Shown piece by piece: positions 24,801 to 32,205 of a stretch of 42,813 nt of DNA (position 1 is the stretch's first letter; each line of letters starts with the position of its first letter). The notes under the pieces were generated by a model. It ran no database searches, had not been told where the DNA came from, and was given only the letters and a program-made list of their open reading frames with translations. Both the position numbers and the translations under genes were made by a program. The stretch is from Methanobacteriota archaeon (lineage in GTDB: Archaea > Thermoplasmatota > Poseidoniia > Poseidoniales > Poseidoniaceae). The stretch covers positions 1-42,813 of the forward strand of contig PBSP01000019.1 in assembly GCA_002726845.1 (NCBI GenBank), read 5' to 3'.

Positions 24801-25863
24801 TGCAATCTCATGCCTCCTTCTATCGTTCGATGTCGTGAACGGCCTTGGTATGCTGGCAGGCGGCGGTTGGGCAACCTATGAAGCGATACAGAAAGGTGAC
24901 AAAATCTCTATCTTGTTTTTGCCACTCGTCGATGGCCTTACCCTCATGAATTTGATCTATCAATTTGAGGTCGGAGGTGAGGAGATTCAGAGGCTCCTAA
25001 CCGGCGGCGTTTTCTTTGTCGAGGGAGCCGTTATGATTTACCTCTCATCGAAGAACGACCAAGTTTACGATGCAAAGATGTTCGAGTGGAAAGACGATGA
25101 AGAGTTCTTCAATTTCATCGAACTGATGGGCTTCTCAGGTGTTGTTTCAGCATTGGCAGGTGTTGTTGTGGCATTTGGTGAGTCTCAAACCAACCTCGCC
25201 CTTTTCTTAACTGTAGCAATTCTCATAGCACTTGCCATGACCGGATTTAATGAAACCCAACAACAGGTTCGTTGGAGACGAGCACTTGGAGTGTTTGGTT
25301 CAATGTTTACGCTGTTTATTCTGTACCTGAATCTCGATGGAGAAGTCATCTACCAGAGCTTGAGTTTGGTTATGATGGGACTACTTGCTTTGGGATACGG
25401 TTTCATCTACATGGAGCGCCGCTCCACCTATGATGTCGCTGAAGTGGCAATTCCACAGGTCTTTGGTGATGTTGTCCCAAGCGGGGAAATTGAGCCTAAG
25501 ACCGTAACGGATGAGCCAGAGGAAGAAGCGATTGAGGTTAAATCGGAAGAAAAAGAATCGGTCGAAGAAGATTCGGCTGAAGAAGAATCGGAAGAAGTCG
25601 ACCTTTTGGAAGAAGAAACTGAAGTCAGCGAATCCGAAGACTTCTTGGAAATGTTGCAGAAGGAGGAAGAGCCTCAACAGATTGAGAATGTTGTGAGCAA
25701 CGTTGGCTATGTCAAGACAATGGAAGGTTTCGATGTGCGTCTACCAAAGGAATCGATCGAGAAGATCACTCGAACCATTGAAATGACACCGCATGAAGGT
25801 TTCAAGCCGGTCGTTCGGGTCAACATGCTTGGACAAATCGTCCTCGACTTTGAGCCATTGTGA
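21880..25863 (+). CDS. giant polytopic membrane protein (about three dozen hydrophobic helices by eye) with acidic C-terminal tract and small C-terminal globular domain
   Basis: Single uninterrupted 1,327-aa ORF. The ATG at 21880 lies about 33 bp downstream of a TTTTATAT box. Hydrophobic ~20-aa segments run continuously from about aa 48 to about aa 1160. No family motif recognised. Confidence 0.75.
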   Translation: MPAPKRKVRQTVSIAKDAIFAKEDEEIPFEPIIVRAPGDTKGDSLERFAEIIMFGVAMIAIWSGLIGIAYSEGGEERYIILFIGGLISSAIALFMVELQAKKNDYHLMISQNYLLGLAFFFMAVGTLWGIRYLGGYFSLQEIGGLDFMGSNTGNEFTPGPNMIYAQASGAVAMWFIHRRLLDRYKGNTTFGWAVATYIPLALVLVGVGRWIEYTNHEVSYELGISIVSLCGLSMYSALMSNKSINFAVVSVVSGIIPLVYEILNENAPAGGEGGALSLLVYIVIIQGSLAGNERIKQSLAEKMSFFMIGTVVLSMFVASVAQLNLILGPFKPASLSGDAASLVTLPVALWITVLCAYFPATHKNRVPAMPIGLAFALWTLTGDGAIIPWILSLIMISYMLFKAEATRRWVADLTVSALSFSYLFSDRMGDIDGVVFGITQPEMALTVAMGIVVISETARRMEKISTWSSAQSVLLIALSSTILEGYWFAPWIFIIYLLGMVYESMLNARNGGEIERRNSTIALVTTLFVSSGLLLLEKLEIPDSYQIAELNGLSLEYILLGVIVYILFNTVRDVELDIGILLRLLESTASGSYKYDAETNAWIQKDQDENEVDDQDRSFGSIGRISLAFSLLTITIGISTLDSQTVVDNYWVIGLYMIPIGMLFWEINSMDVLSSQSRMIGAVMLLIIAASSLVLMLDVRSSLEGDGLFKAGIVYDTMFLAAPIAAFVLINKRGLDREHLDRTADQVMLCVLLLIGMMDQSGGLLLVSMYVLVALIAGQYRHHGVMMLAPLSLMAFLWFDDNSIAAELLGSYYDNQAAALWFTSVSGMIVSAHMLMPIAWSIREVQTKNDSENPFPWFIPMIWFLLGAWALLPTASWLPLIACLFGLLMAWVRGDINLIPMLSIGLIFSFILGLSDGGNDTGGDVFGISMVLSGAIIYGLWVANSKGILSMNVIDEERLSKLMPYSLDAQLRVIAISCLLLSFDVVNGLGMLAGGGWATYEAIQKGDKISILFLPLVDGLTLMNLIYQFEVGGEEIQRLLTGGVFFVEGAVMIYLSSKNDQVYDAKMFEWKDDEEFFNFIELMGFSGVVSALAGVVVAFGESQTNLALFLTVAILIALAMTGFNETQQQVRWRRALGVFGSMFTLFILYLNLDGEVIYQSLSLVMMGLLALGYGFIYMERRSTYDVAEVAIPQVFGDVVPSGEIEPKTVTDEPEEEAIEVKSEEKESVEEDSAEEESEEVDLLEEETEVSESEDFLEMLQKEEEPQQIENVVSNVGYVKTMEGFDVRLPKESIEKITRTIEMTPHEGFKPVVRVNMLGQIVLDFEPL
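25513..25680 (+). repeat. low-complexity gaa/gag-rich tract encoding the acidic Glu/Ser linker of the giant membrane protein
   Basis: The translation is EPEEEAIEVKSEEKESVEEDSAEEESEEVDLLEEETEVSESEDFLEMLQKEEEPQQ. It also generates spurious K/R-rich and F-rich ORFs in other frames (25511..25696 +, 25381..25677 -). Confidence 0.75.
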
Positions 25864-25974
25864 GTGACTAAGTACGGGTTTCAACCAATTGGTCATGCCT
25901 CTGGACTCGCTCCTGATAACCCTTGTTCTGTGAGATAGCGCCGACTTCAAGAACCGATTTCAATTCGGCATGGT

Positions 25975-26523
25975 ATGGACGAACCAAACAAACGAATGGT
26001 ATGGATTGACCTTGAGATGACGGGTTTGGATTTGAAACGTGAAAGCATCATTGAGATTGCTACCATCATCACCGATTCAGAATTGAACATTATCGCTGAA
26101 GGACCAAACCTAGCTGTATCGGTGGATGAAGCACTGATTGAAGGGATGGATGAATGGAACACACGACATCATTTTGGCAGCGGATTGATCGATCGAGTGA
26201 GAAACCATTCCGTCACGCTTGAAGAGGCGGAAGCCCAAACTCTTGAGTTCATCAAACAACATGTTCCGCCAAGGACTGCCCCATTGTGTGGGAATTCAGT
26301 TTGGAACGACCGCCAATTTCTGGTGAAGGAAATGCCGAGCGTAACCGATTACCTGCACTACAGAATGGTCGATGTTTCAACCATCAAAGAACTTGCTCGG
26401 CGTTGGTATCCTGGATTACCAAAATTTGAGAAAAAAGCAGCCCACCTTGCTTTGGATGACATTCGCGAATCCGTGTTTGAACTCAAACATTTCCGCCAAC
26501 ATGTGTTCATCGACCGTCCGTGA
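25975..26523 (+). CDS. orn: oligoribonuclease (DEDDh 3'-5' exonuclease)
   Basis: 182-aa ORF. MVWIDLEMTGLD, IIEIATIITD, NIIAEGP, CGNSVWNDRQFL, HYRMVDVSTIKELARRW and HLALDDIRESVFEL align nearly block-for-block with E. coli Orn as I recall it. Confidence 0.9.
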   Translation: MDEPNKRMVWIDLEMTGLDLKRESIIEIATIITDSELNIIAEGPNLAVSVDEALIEGMDEWNTRHHFGSGLIDRVRNHSVTLEEAEAQTLEFIKQHVPPRTAPLCGNSVWNDRQFLVKEMPSVTDYLHYRMVDVSTIKELARRWYPGLPKFEKKAAHLALDDIRESVFELKHFRQHVFIDRP

Positions 26524-27589
26524 CAAAGCCTTTCCAGCGACGCATATAGTCAACAAAGGTCGGACTGAGTTGAGCCGTCAAAAGTTCTTCTGGAGCGAAT
26601 GGCGGTCGGGAAGGGTTGTATGAGGGATCGTTGACGAGAGAAGCCCAATCAGGATGAGGTAATGCTACGCGAGCAACTCCGACCGCTTGGGCCCCTTGAT
26701 CGAGAACAAATTGTGCGTCTTTTGCGCTCCAAACCGATCCAGTCGATACAATTGGAATGGATTTGGAATAGACGGAACAGAGTTCTTCGGTAATGGTTCG
26801 GCTGTTTTGCTGCTCCTCAAACACATCCCAGCAGGAGATGTGAAGTGCGTCAATCTCTTCTTCAACCAGCAATTCAATGATGTGCTTGGTGTCGTCAAGT
26901 GTGATGCCAATTTCCTCTGAAACGGGTGAAAGACGGACCATGATGGCAAAATTAGGGTCCACAATCGCACGAATTCCTCGAATGATTTTCAGTAAAAACG
27001 TGCACCTCTCATTCAACTCCCCTCCGAATTGATCGTTTCGACGATTGGTGTTTGAACCAAGAAACTGTGCTATCAAATAGCCATGAGCGCCATGCAATTC
27101 AACACCATCAAAGCCCGCTGATTCGCAACGTTTTGCAGCTTCAACAAATGCATGGATTGTGTCCTCAACTTCTTGCGTTGAAAGTTCTCTTGAAAAACCC
27201 TCTTTTTCGGAGATGAACGTTGCACTCGCAGAGCAAGGTTGTTGGCCAGTAATGTCTGATGGTGCGCGCATTCCTCCGTGAAAGATTTGAACGAATGAAC
27301 ATGCACCGAGTTCATTCAATTTGGTTGCTAAATTGGTTAATCCTGGGAGGTGGTGGTCGCCCCATACACCGAATTCACCTTCCCATCCTTGGCCCGATTC
27401 TTGGACGTGCGAGGCTGCAGTTGTTATGATGCCAAATCCGCCTATTGCGCGTCGGATGAGAAAAGCGATCTCTTCTTCGGAAAGTGTACCATCAACATGA
27501 CTTTGTTTGTTTGTCATTGCAGCTAAAACACTTCGGTTTGGGATTTTCAACCCATTCCGCATGCGCCAAGACTCGTTCATTGATACCAT
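26507..27589 (-). CDS. NADH:flavin oxidoreductase, Old Yellow Enzyme family
   Basis: 360-aa ORF with NRSVLAAMT, GFDGVELHGAHGYLIAQFLGSNTNRRNDQFGG and VGVARVAL blocks. The GAGGT SD at 27596-27600 overlaps the xdhC stop codon. Confidence 0.85.
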   Translation of the reverse strand: MVSMNESWRMRNGLKIPNRSVLAAMTNKQSHVDGTLSEEEIAFLIRRAIGGFGIITTAASHVQESGQGWEGEFGVWGDHHLPGLTNLATKLNELGACSFVQIFHGGMRAPSDITGQQPCSASATFISEKEGFSRELSTQEVEDTIHAFVEAAKRCESAGFDGVELHGAHGYLIAQFLGSNTNRRNDQFGGELNERCTFLLKIIRGIRAIVDPNFAIMVRLSPVSEEIGITLDDTKHIIELLVEEEIDALHISCWDVFEEQQNSRTITEELCSVYSKSIPIVSTGSVWSAKDAQFVLDQGAQAVGVARVALPHPDWASLVNDPSYNPSRPPFAPEELLTAQLSPTFVDYMRRWKGFVTDGR

Positions 27590-27595
27590 TCAGAG

Positions 27596-27600
27596 ACCTC
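27596..27600 (-). promoter_or_regulatory. Shine-Dalgarno box GAGGT, 6 nt upstream of the OYE ATG
   Basis: Plus-strand acctc at 27596-27600; overlaps the xdhC stop codon. Confidence 0.55.
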
Positions 27601-28465
27601 ATCGATCTCGCCAATTTGGAGCATGAACATCTGCGTTTTTGTGCATGGATAAAATTTCGGCGATGACGGCAATTGCAATTTCTTCAGGAGATTCTGCTCC
27701 GATATTCAATCCAATTGGGCAACGTACATCTCCAAGTGTTGATGCTTGAATTCCTGCCTCGATGCATGATTTTGAGAAGGAATTCCACTTTGTACGACTT
27801 CCAATAGCACCAATTCGAGGAAAGACCTTTCCATCCAATGAAAGGTTTGCAGATTCTGCAAGGTGGAGAAGACGTTGAAGACGGTCAAGGTCCTCAGAAT
27901 AATCGTGTCCGAGCAGTAGGACATCTGAAAAACGAGTCATCGTCTCTGCCGACTCGTTAGAAAAGAAGGATTCAACCGTTGAATGATGGCGTTCGATTGC
28001 ATCTGGATAGAGATCGTTTGTTGTGAACTCTTTGCGAGTATCTTGAACAGAATAACTCCAACCTTTTGTTGGAAGCAGTTTTGTGATTGCTTCTGAACAG
28101 TGGCCACCGCCCATCAAAAGTACATGCGGCATCGGCAACATCAACTCCAATGAAATGGTGACTCGGCCACCACAAAGGGAGTCCAACGCTTGTACTTCAT
28201 AGCCCTTCGCCCCTTTATTGAGTCCAAAAGTGTGGACTTCAGATGTGGCTTTGTTTTCTTGAATCATTTCCTTACAGCGATTGAGGACGCGGTGCTCCAA
28301 ACCTGCGCCTCCAACGGTTCCGACCCACTCTTCGTATCGATTCATTGCGAGACGGGCTCCGGTTTTTCCAGGGACACTGCCCTTTGCTTCGACAACAGTT
28401 GCGAGAACAATTGGTGAATTAAGACGCAATTGTTCCAACATCCATGTCAAAACTCTTGCCGTCAT
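27599..28465 (-). CDS. xdhC: XdhC/CoxI-family molybdenum-cofactor insertion chaperone
   Basis: Trimmed to the ATG at 28465, 6 nt downstream of a GAGGG box (28472-28476); the track start at 28489 is a TTG. It has LATVVEAKGSVPGKTGARLAM, LLMGGGHC and CPIGLNIGAESPEEIAIAVIAEIL blocks. Confidence 0.8.
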   Translation of the reverse strand: MTARVLTWMLEQLRLNSPIVLATVVEAKGSVPGKTGARLAMNRYEEWVGTVGGAGLEHRVLNRCKEMIQENKATSEVHTFGLNKGAKGYEVQALDSLCGGRVTISLELMLPMPHVLLMGGGHCSEAITKLLPTKGWSYSVQDTRKEFTTNDLYPDAIERHHSTVESFFSNESAETMTRFSDVLLLGHDYSEDLDRLQRLLHLAESANLSLDGKVFPRIGAIGSRTKWNSFSKSCIEAGIQASTLGDVRCPIGLNIGAESPEEIAIAVIAEILSMHKNADVHAPNWRDR

Positions 28466-28471
28466 GACAAT

Positions 28472-28476
28472 CCCTC
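28472..28476 (-). promoter_or_regulatory. Shine-Dalgarno-like box GAGGG, 6 nt upstream of the xdhC ATG at 28465
   Basis: Plus-strand ccctc at 28472-28476. Confidence 0.45.
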
Positions 28477-28501
28477 GAGGACCCCACAAATACCATTTGC
28501 C

Positions 28502-29086
28502 CTAGAACCAATCTTCAGTTGAGGCGGACTTGAGTTCATCCAAATCGGCTGCAGTGTCGATGTTCATATGGAGCCACTCGAAATCAACAGGTATTTGATG
28601 CCGTTGAACGATTGACGAGAGCGGTTCATCGCTTTTTGAGAGATACACGGCGGTAATGTCTTCACCAACGAGGTACAATGGATGACCGCCCCTGCCCTCC
28701 GATTCAGGACACGATGTCTTTTTCGATTCTATCAATTTGTTCACGATTTCAATGCTCCAACCTGGACGATCCACCGGAACAACAAGCAAATGTTTGGGCA
28801 GGCCACCTCCTCGTTCAGATATGCTAGCAAGGCCAGTTTGAATCGAACCTGTTCGCCCATGTTCAGGATTTGGATTCAACACTGCATGTACGGACGGACA
28901 TGCAAGAAGAACATCGGCGAGGAGATCGTCGTTGGTGACAACTGTAATTTGAATCCCGGGCAAATTCTGCAATCGATGAACAAGATGTACGATTAGGGGC
29001 CGTCCACCAACTTCTACGAAGGCCTTTGGCTGACCAAGGCGAGAAGAACGACCGGCTGCCAATACAATGACATTCAAGCCAACCAT
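28502..29086 (-). CDS. mocA: MobA/MocA-like molybdenum cofactor nucleotidyltransferase
   Basis: VIVLAAGRSSRLGQPKAFVEVGGRPLI is the N-terminal nucleotidyltransferase motif. I prefer the ATG at 29086 (MVGLNVIVLAAG), which leaves a 66-bp divergent spacer; the ATG at 29128 is the track start. Confidence 0.75.
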   Translation of the reverse strand: MVGLNVIVLAAGRSSRLGQPKAFVEVGGRPLIVHLVHRLQNLPGIQITVVTNDDLLADVLLACPSVHAVLNPNPEHGRTGSIQTGLASISERGGGLPKHLLVVPVDRPGWSIEIVNKLIESKKTSCPESEGRGGHPLYLVGEDITAVYLSKSDEPLSSIVQRHQIPVDFEWLHMNIDTAADLDELKSASTEDWF

Positions 29087-29152
29087 GGATAAACCACGCA
29101 CAAACCAATGTTGAGAATTTCGGTTCATAAAGAGTGGAAGTTTTACTTCGTT

Positions 29153-29824
29153 ATGTCAAACAGATTGGTCGATTCACCCCATGAAAAATCAATGAAATTT
29201 CTCAAAGATGTGTGTCGATTGGACGGCATTGATCTACTCCAAACAAGCAAAATTTACAAAATCATAATTCGCATTCGAGGACGCTCAGGTCGGCATTACG
29301 AAGTGATTGCTTCTCGAGAGGTTGGTTTGTTCAGCCAAGTACCGTGGGAAATTACTGTAACGGGCGCTGCCCGAAAAAACGACTTTGATTCCGAGCGGAC
29401 GCTGAGCTACACTGCAAGTTTGTGCCTGGATATTCACGAAGAAAAACGTCACTTACCAATCGGAGACCGCCTCGCATCATTGGCTCTAAGTCTTCACAAT
29501 GATGTAAAATTAGCAATGGACATTCCATTAATCGCTCAGTTCATTGTATGTCCAAGAGAGCAACTTTACCATGTTTACATGTTTCAAGATGACATGGTTG
29601 TGACCCAAGAAATCATCGACCAACAACAAGACTTTGACGAAGTTTGTGACATGTTTGACGAAGAAGACATGGACGCATTCGATGAATTCGATTTTCTCGA
29701 TGAGGACCTGTTTGAGAATGCAACGGAAGACGCATTCTTGGAAGAGAAGGAGGACGGAAATTGGATGCAAGATTTCGCTGACATGATCATGCAGCACTTT
29801 GAACGTGACAAGAGAAAGTCATAA
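29153..29824 (+). CDS. hypothetical protein with extremely acidic Phe/Asp/Glu-rich C-terminal third
   Basis: Trimmed to the ATG at 29153 (MSNRLVDSPHEK...). The 223-aa product ends with QQQDFDEVCDMFDEEDMDAFDEFDFLDEDLFENATEDAFLEEKEDGNWMQDFADMIMQHFERDKRKS. No family recognised. It is the only plus-strand gene between 26.5 and 38.9 kb. Confidence 0.55.
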   Translation: MSNRLVDSPHEKSMKFLKDVCRLDGIDLLQTSKIYKIIIRIRGRSGRHYEVIASREVGLFSQVPWEITVTGAARKNDFDSERTLSYTASLCLDIHEEKRHLPIGDRLASLALSLHNDVKLAMDIPLIAQFIVCPREQLYHVYMFQDDMVVTQEIIDQQQDFDEVCDMFDEEDMDAFDEFDFLDEDLFENATEDAFLEEKEDGNWMQDFADMIMQHFERDKRKS

Positions 29825-30967
29825 TCCCTTGGTTATTTCTCGGCCAATAATCATCCTCTGAACTTGACTGCTCCCCTCGTAAATTTGCATTACTTTGGCA
29901 CCCCGCATCAGTCGAGCAACGGGATATTCCTCTGAGTAACCATACCCGCCGTATATCTGCACAGCATCGGTAGCGATCTTCATGGCCATGTCCGATGCAA
30001 ATCGTTTTGCGTGAGCGGCAGATTCTGTGTTCCGAATCCCTGCATCGGCGTCAGCAGCAGATTTCCAAGTTAACATCCGACTTGCCTCAATGTTGGTTTT
30101 CATATCTGCAAGCATGAATTGAATGGCTTGATGTTTGTGCAATGGCTTTCCAAATGTATGACGTTCGTTGCTGTACTGAAGTGCATGTTCGTACGCCGCT
30201 CTTGAGAGTCCTGTTGCATGAGCGGCAACGTTGGGTCGGCTCAAATCGAACGCATTCATGGCGTTCATCCAACCACCCGATTCACTTTCTCCGACCAATT
30301 GATTGGCCGGTACCCGCACGTTGTTGAAGGTGATGCTTCGCGTATCGCTGCATCGTTGCCCCATATTGGTCTCCTTTTTTCCAAGTGAGAGCCCTTCAGC
30401 ACTGGATTCAACAATGAAACCAGACATTCCGCGATAGCCCAAATCGGGATCTGTCTTTGCAAGAACAAAAAAGAAATCGGCATGTCCTGCGCCCGTTATC
30501 CACATCTTCGAACCGTTGATGACGTAATCGTCACCGTCTCGAATTGCAGTTGTTTGGATGGCTGCCACGTCAGAACCTGCACCCGGTTCGGTTACGGCGT
30601 AGGATGCAAGTGCACCCTCCTCTGCAACTTTTCGCAACCACACGTTCTTTTGTTCTTCAGTTGCACCGGTAATGATCGGTGCACATGCCAGAGCAGTTGC
30701 ATACGCAGCTGTTGAGAACCCGGGGTCACCCCATGCAAGTTCCTCGTTAACGATGACTTCCTCCATACAACCAAGACCTGGCCCTCCGTATTCCTCTGGG
30801 ATGTGAAGATTGAGAAGACCCATTTCATGTGCGAGTTGTATGGCTTCCTTTGGATAAATGGATTCATTATCCCAATGTTCCGCATTTGGACGGATTTCAT
30901 CCCGAGCAAACTCTCGTGCGAGTTCACGCAGCATCTCTTGCATTTCATCCAATTGAAAGTCGACCAT
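29819..30967 (-). CDS. acyl-CoA dehydrogenase
   Basis: Trimmed to the ATG at 30967 (MVDFQLDEMQEMLRELAREFARDE); the longer track ORF would overlap the upstream CaCA gene. It has YAVTEPGAGSD, KMWITG and QIYGGYGYSEEYPVARLMRGAKVMQIYEGSSQVQ blocks. Confidence 0.9.
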   Translation of the reverse strand: MVDFQLDEMQEMLRELAREFARDEIRPNAEHWDNESIYPKEAIQLAHEMGLLNLHIPEEYGGPGLGCMEEVIVNEELAWGDPGFSTAAYATALACAPIITGATEEQKNVWLRKVAEEGALASYAVTEPGAGSDVAAIQTTAIRDGDDYVINGSKMWITGAGHADFFFVLAKTDPDLGYRGMSGFIVESSAEGLSLGKKETNMGQRCSDTRSITFNNVRVPANQLVGESESGGWMNAMNAFDLSRPNVAAHATGLSRAAYEHALQYSNERHTFGKPLHKHQAIQFMLADMKTNIEASRMLTWKSAADADAGIRNTESAAHAKRFASDMAMKIATDAVQIYGGYGYSEEYPVARLMRGAKVMQIYEGSSQVQRMIIGREITKGL

Positions 30968-31014
30968 GGTACACCCACATGGACGTTGGACATAAGTCTT
31001 GATTTGCTTCCAAT

Positions 31015-32118
31015 TCAACGATTCAGTTGCAAAACGACGAGGAAAGCAACGTAGAAAAGTACCAAACAGGTTCCTTCCCATCGTTCAAATCGGTATGTGC
31101 GACGCATGAAGAAAAGGGCCAACAAAACACCAAGGATGGTTGCTGGAGCAATGATATCCATGGTCAGCCCGTTATCCGATTCTGAGATCGACAAAGGGTT
31201 GATCATCGATGCAATCCCTATTGACAGGAGTGGATCGGTAATGTTTGAACCGATGAGGGTTCCGATGGCAACACCCTTGCTTCGTTTTGCAGCCATTATG
31301 GCAATGGTCAATTCAGGTAACGATGTCCCAATCCCAGAAACGGTTGTACCCACTACAGAATGAGGAACATGAAGACGTTCCGCAAGATCGCAGGCTTGCT
31401 CAACCAAGACATTGGCTGAATAGACAGCAAAACCTAGACCGAGGAAAATCATGATCATATAGGCTGCAGAACTCCAGTTTGAGCCTCGAATTTCATAATC
31501 ACCAGCATCCTGAACTTCCTCTTGTCGAATCGCTTCCCGCTTCATCAGCAACCAAACAATGTAGGTGACATAAAGCGATGCGAGGATTGCGCCTTCCCAT
31601 CGTTCTAAAACATCGTCCGTCCATACAAAAAACAAGAACAGCATAACTGCGAGAAGCATAATGACTCCATCTCGATTAAGCCATGATGGTCGAACCTTGA
31701 CCGACCGGGTCATCACAACAATGCCCAAGATAAGAGTAATTTGAACCAAGACAGAACCAAGGATGCTACCGATTGCAAAATCTGCTGCTCCTGTTTTCCC
31801 TTGACTTGCTTCGTAAGCTGCACTTCCTGAAACGAGAATTTCAGGTAACGATGTTCCAATCGAAACAATGGTCAATCCAATGACAATCTCTGCAATACCT
31901 GCTCTTCGAGCCAACCCCTTTGCACCTTCAATGAAGAACTCAGCACTGGTGATAAGCAAACCAATGGAGAGCAAAAGAATAACACCAACAACAAGCATAG
32001 AGTTGGATTGAGCAAGCCCATTGACCAAAACGATTGCAAGAAACAATGCGCCCGTGATGAGCATTGCGTTAAAGTGGAGGAGTTGGGGGATTCCCATCAA
32101 CTCATCCTTCTGCTCCAT
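31015..32118 (-). CDS. Na+/Ca2+ exchanger family (CaCA/YrbG-like) membrane protein
   Basis: 367-aa polytopic ORF with the two alpha-repeat signatures SIGTSLPEILVS and GIGTSLPELTIA, one in each half. Confidence 0.85.
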   Translation of the reverse strand: MEQKDELMGIPQLLHFNAMLITGALFLAIVLVNGLAQSNSMLVVGVILLLSIGLLITSAEFFIEGAKGLARRAGIAEIVIGLTIVSIGTSLPEILVSGSAAYEASQGKTGAADFAIGSILGSVLVQITLILGIVVMTRSVKVRPSWLNRDGVIMLLAVMLFLFFVWTDDVLERWEGAILASLYVTYIVWLLMKREAIRQEEVQDAGDYEIRGSNWSSAAYMIMIFLGLGFAVYSANVLVEQACDLAERLHVPHSVVGTTVSGIGTSLPELTIAIMAAKRSKGVAIGTLIGSNITDPLLSIGIASMINPLSISESDNGLTMDIIAPATILGVLLALFFMRRTYRFERWEGTCLVLFYVAFLVVLQLNR

Positions 32119-32205
32119 AATCTTCCCCGTACGTCATGGGTCTTGATGCTTCTGTTCGTCAACTGAAGGAAGGCCGAGGTTCTTCACAGATTCGTATGCA
32201 ACGAT

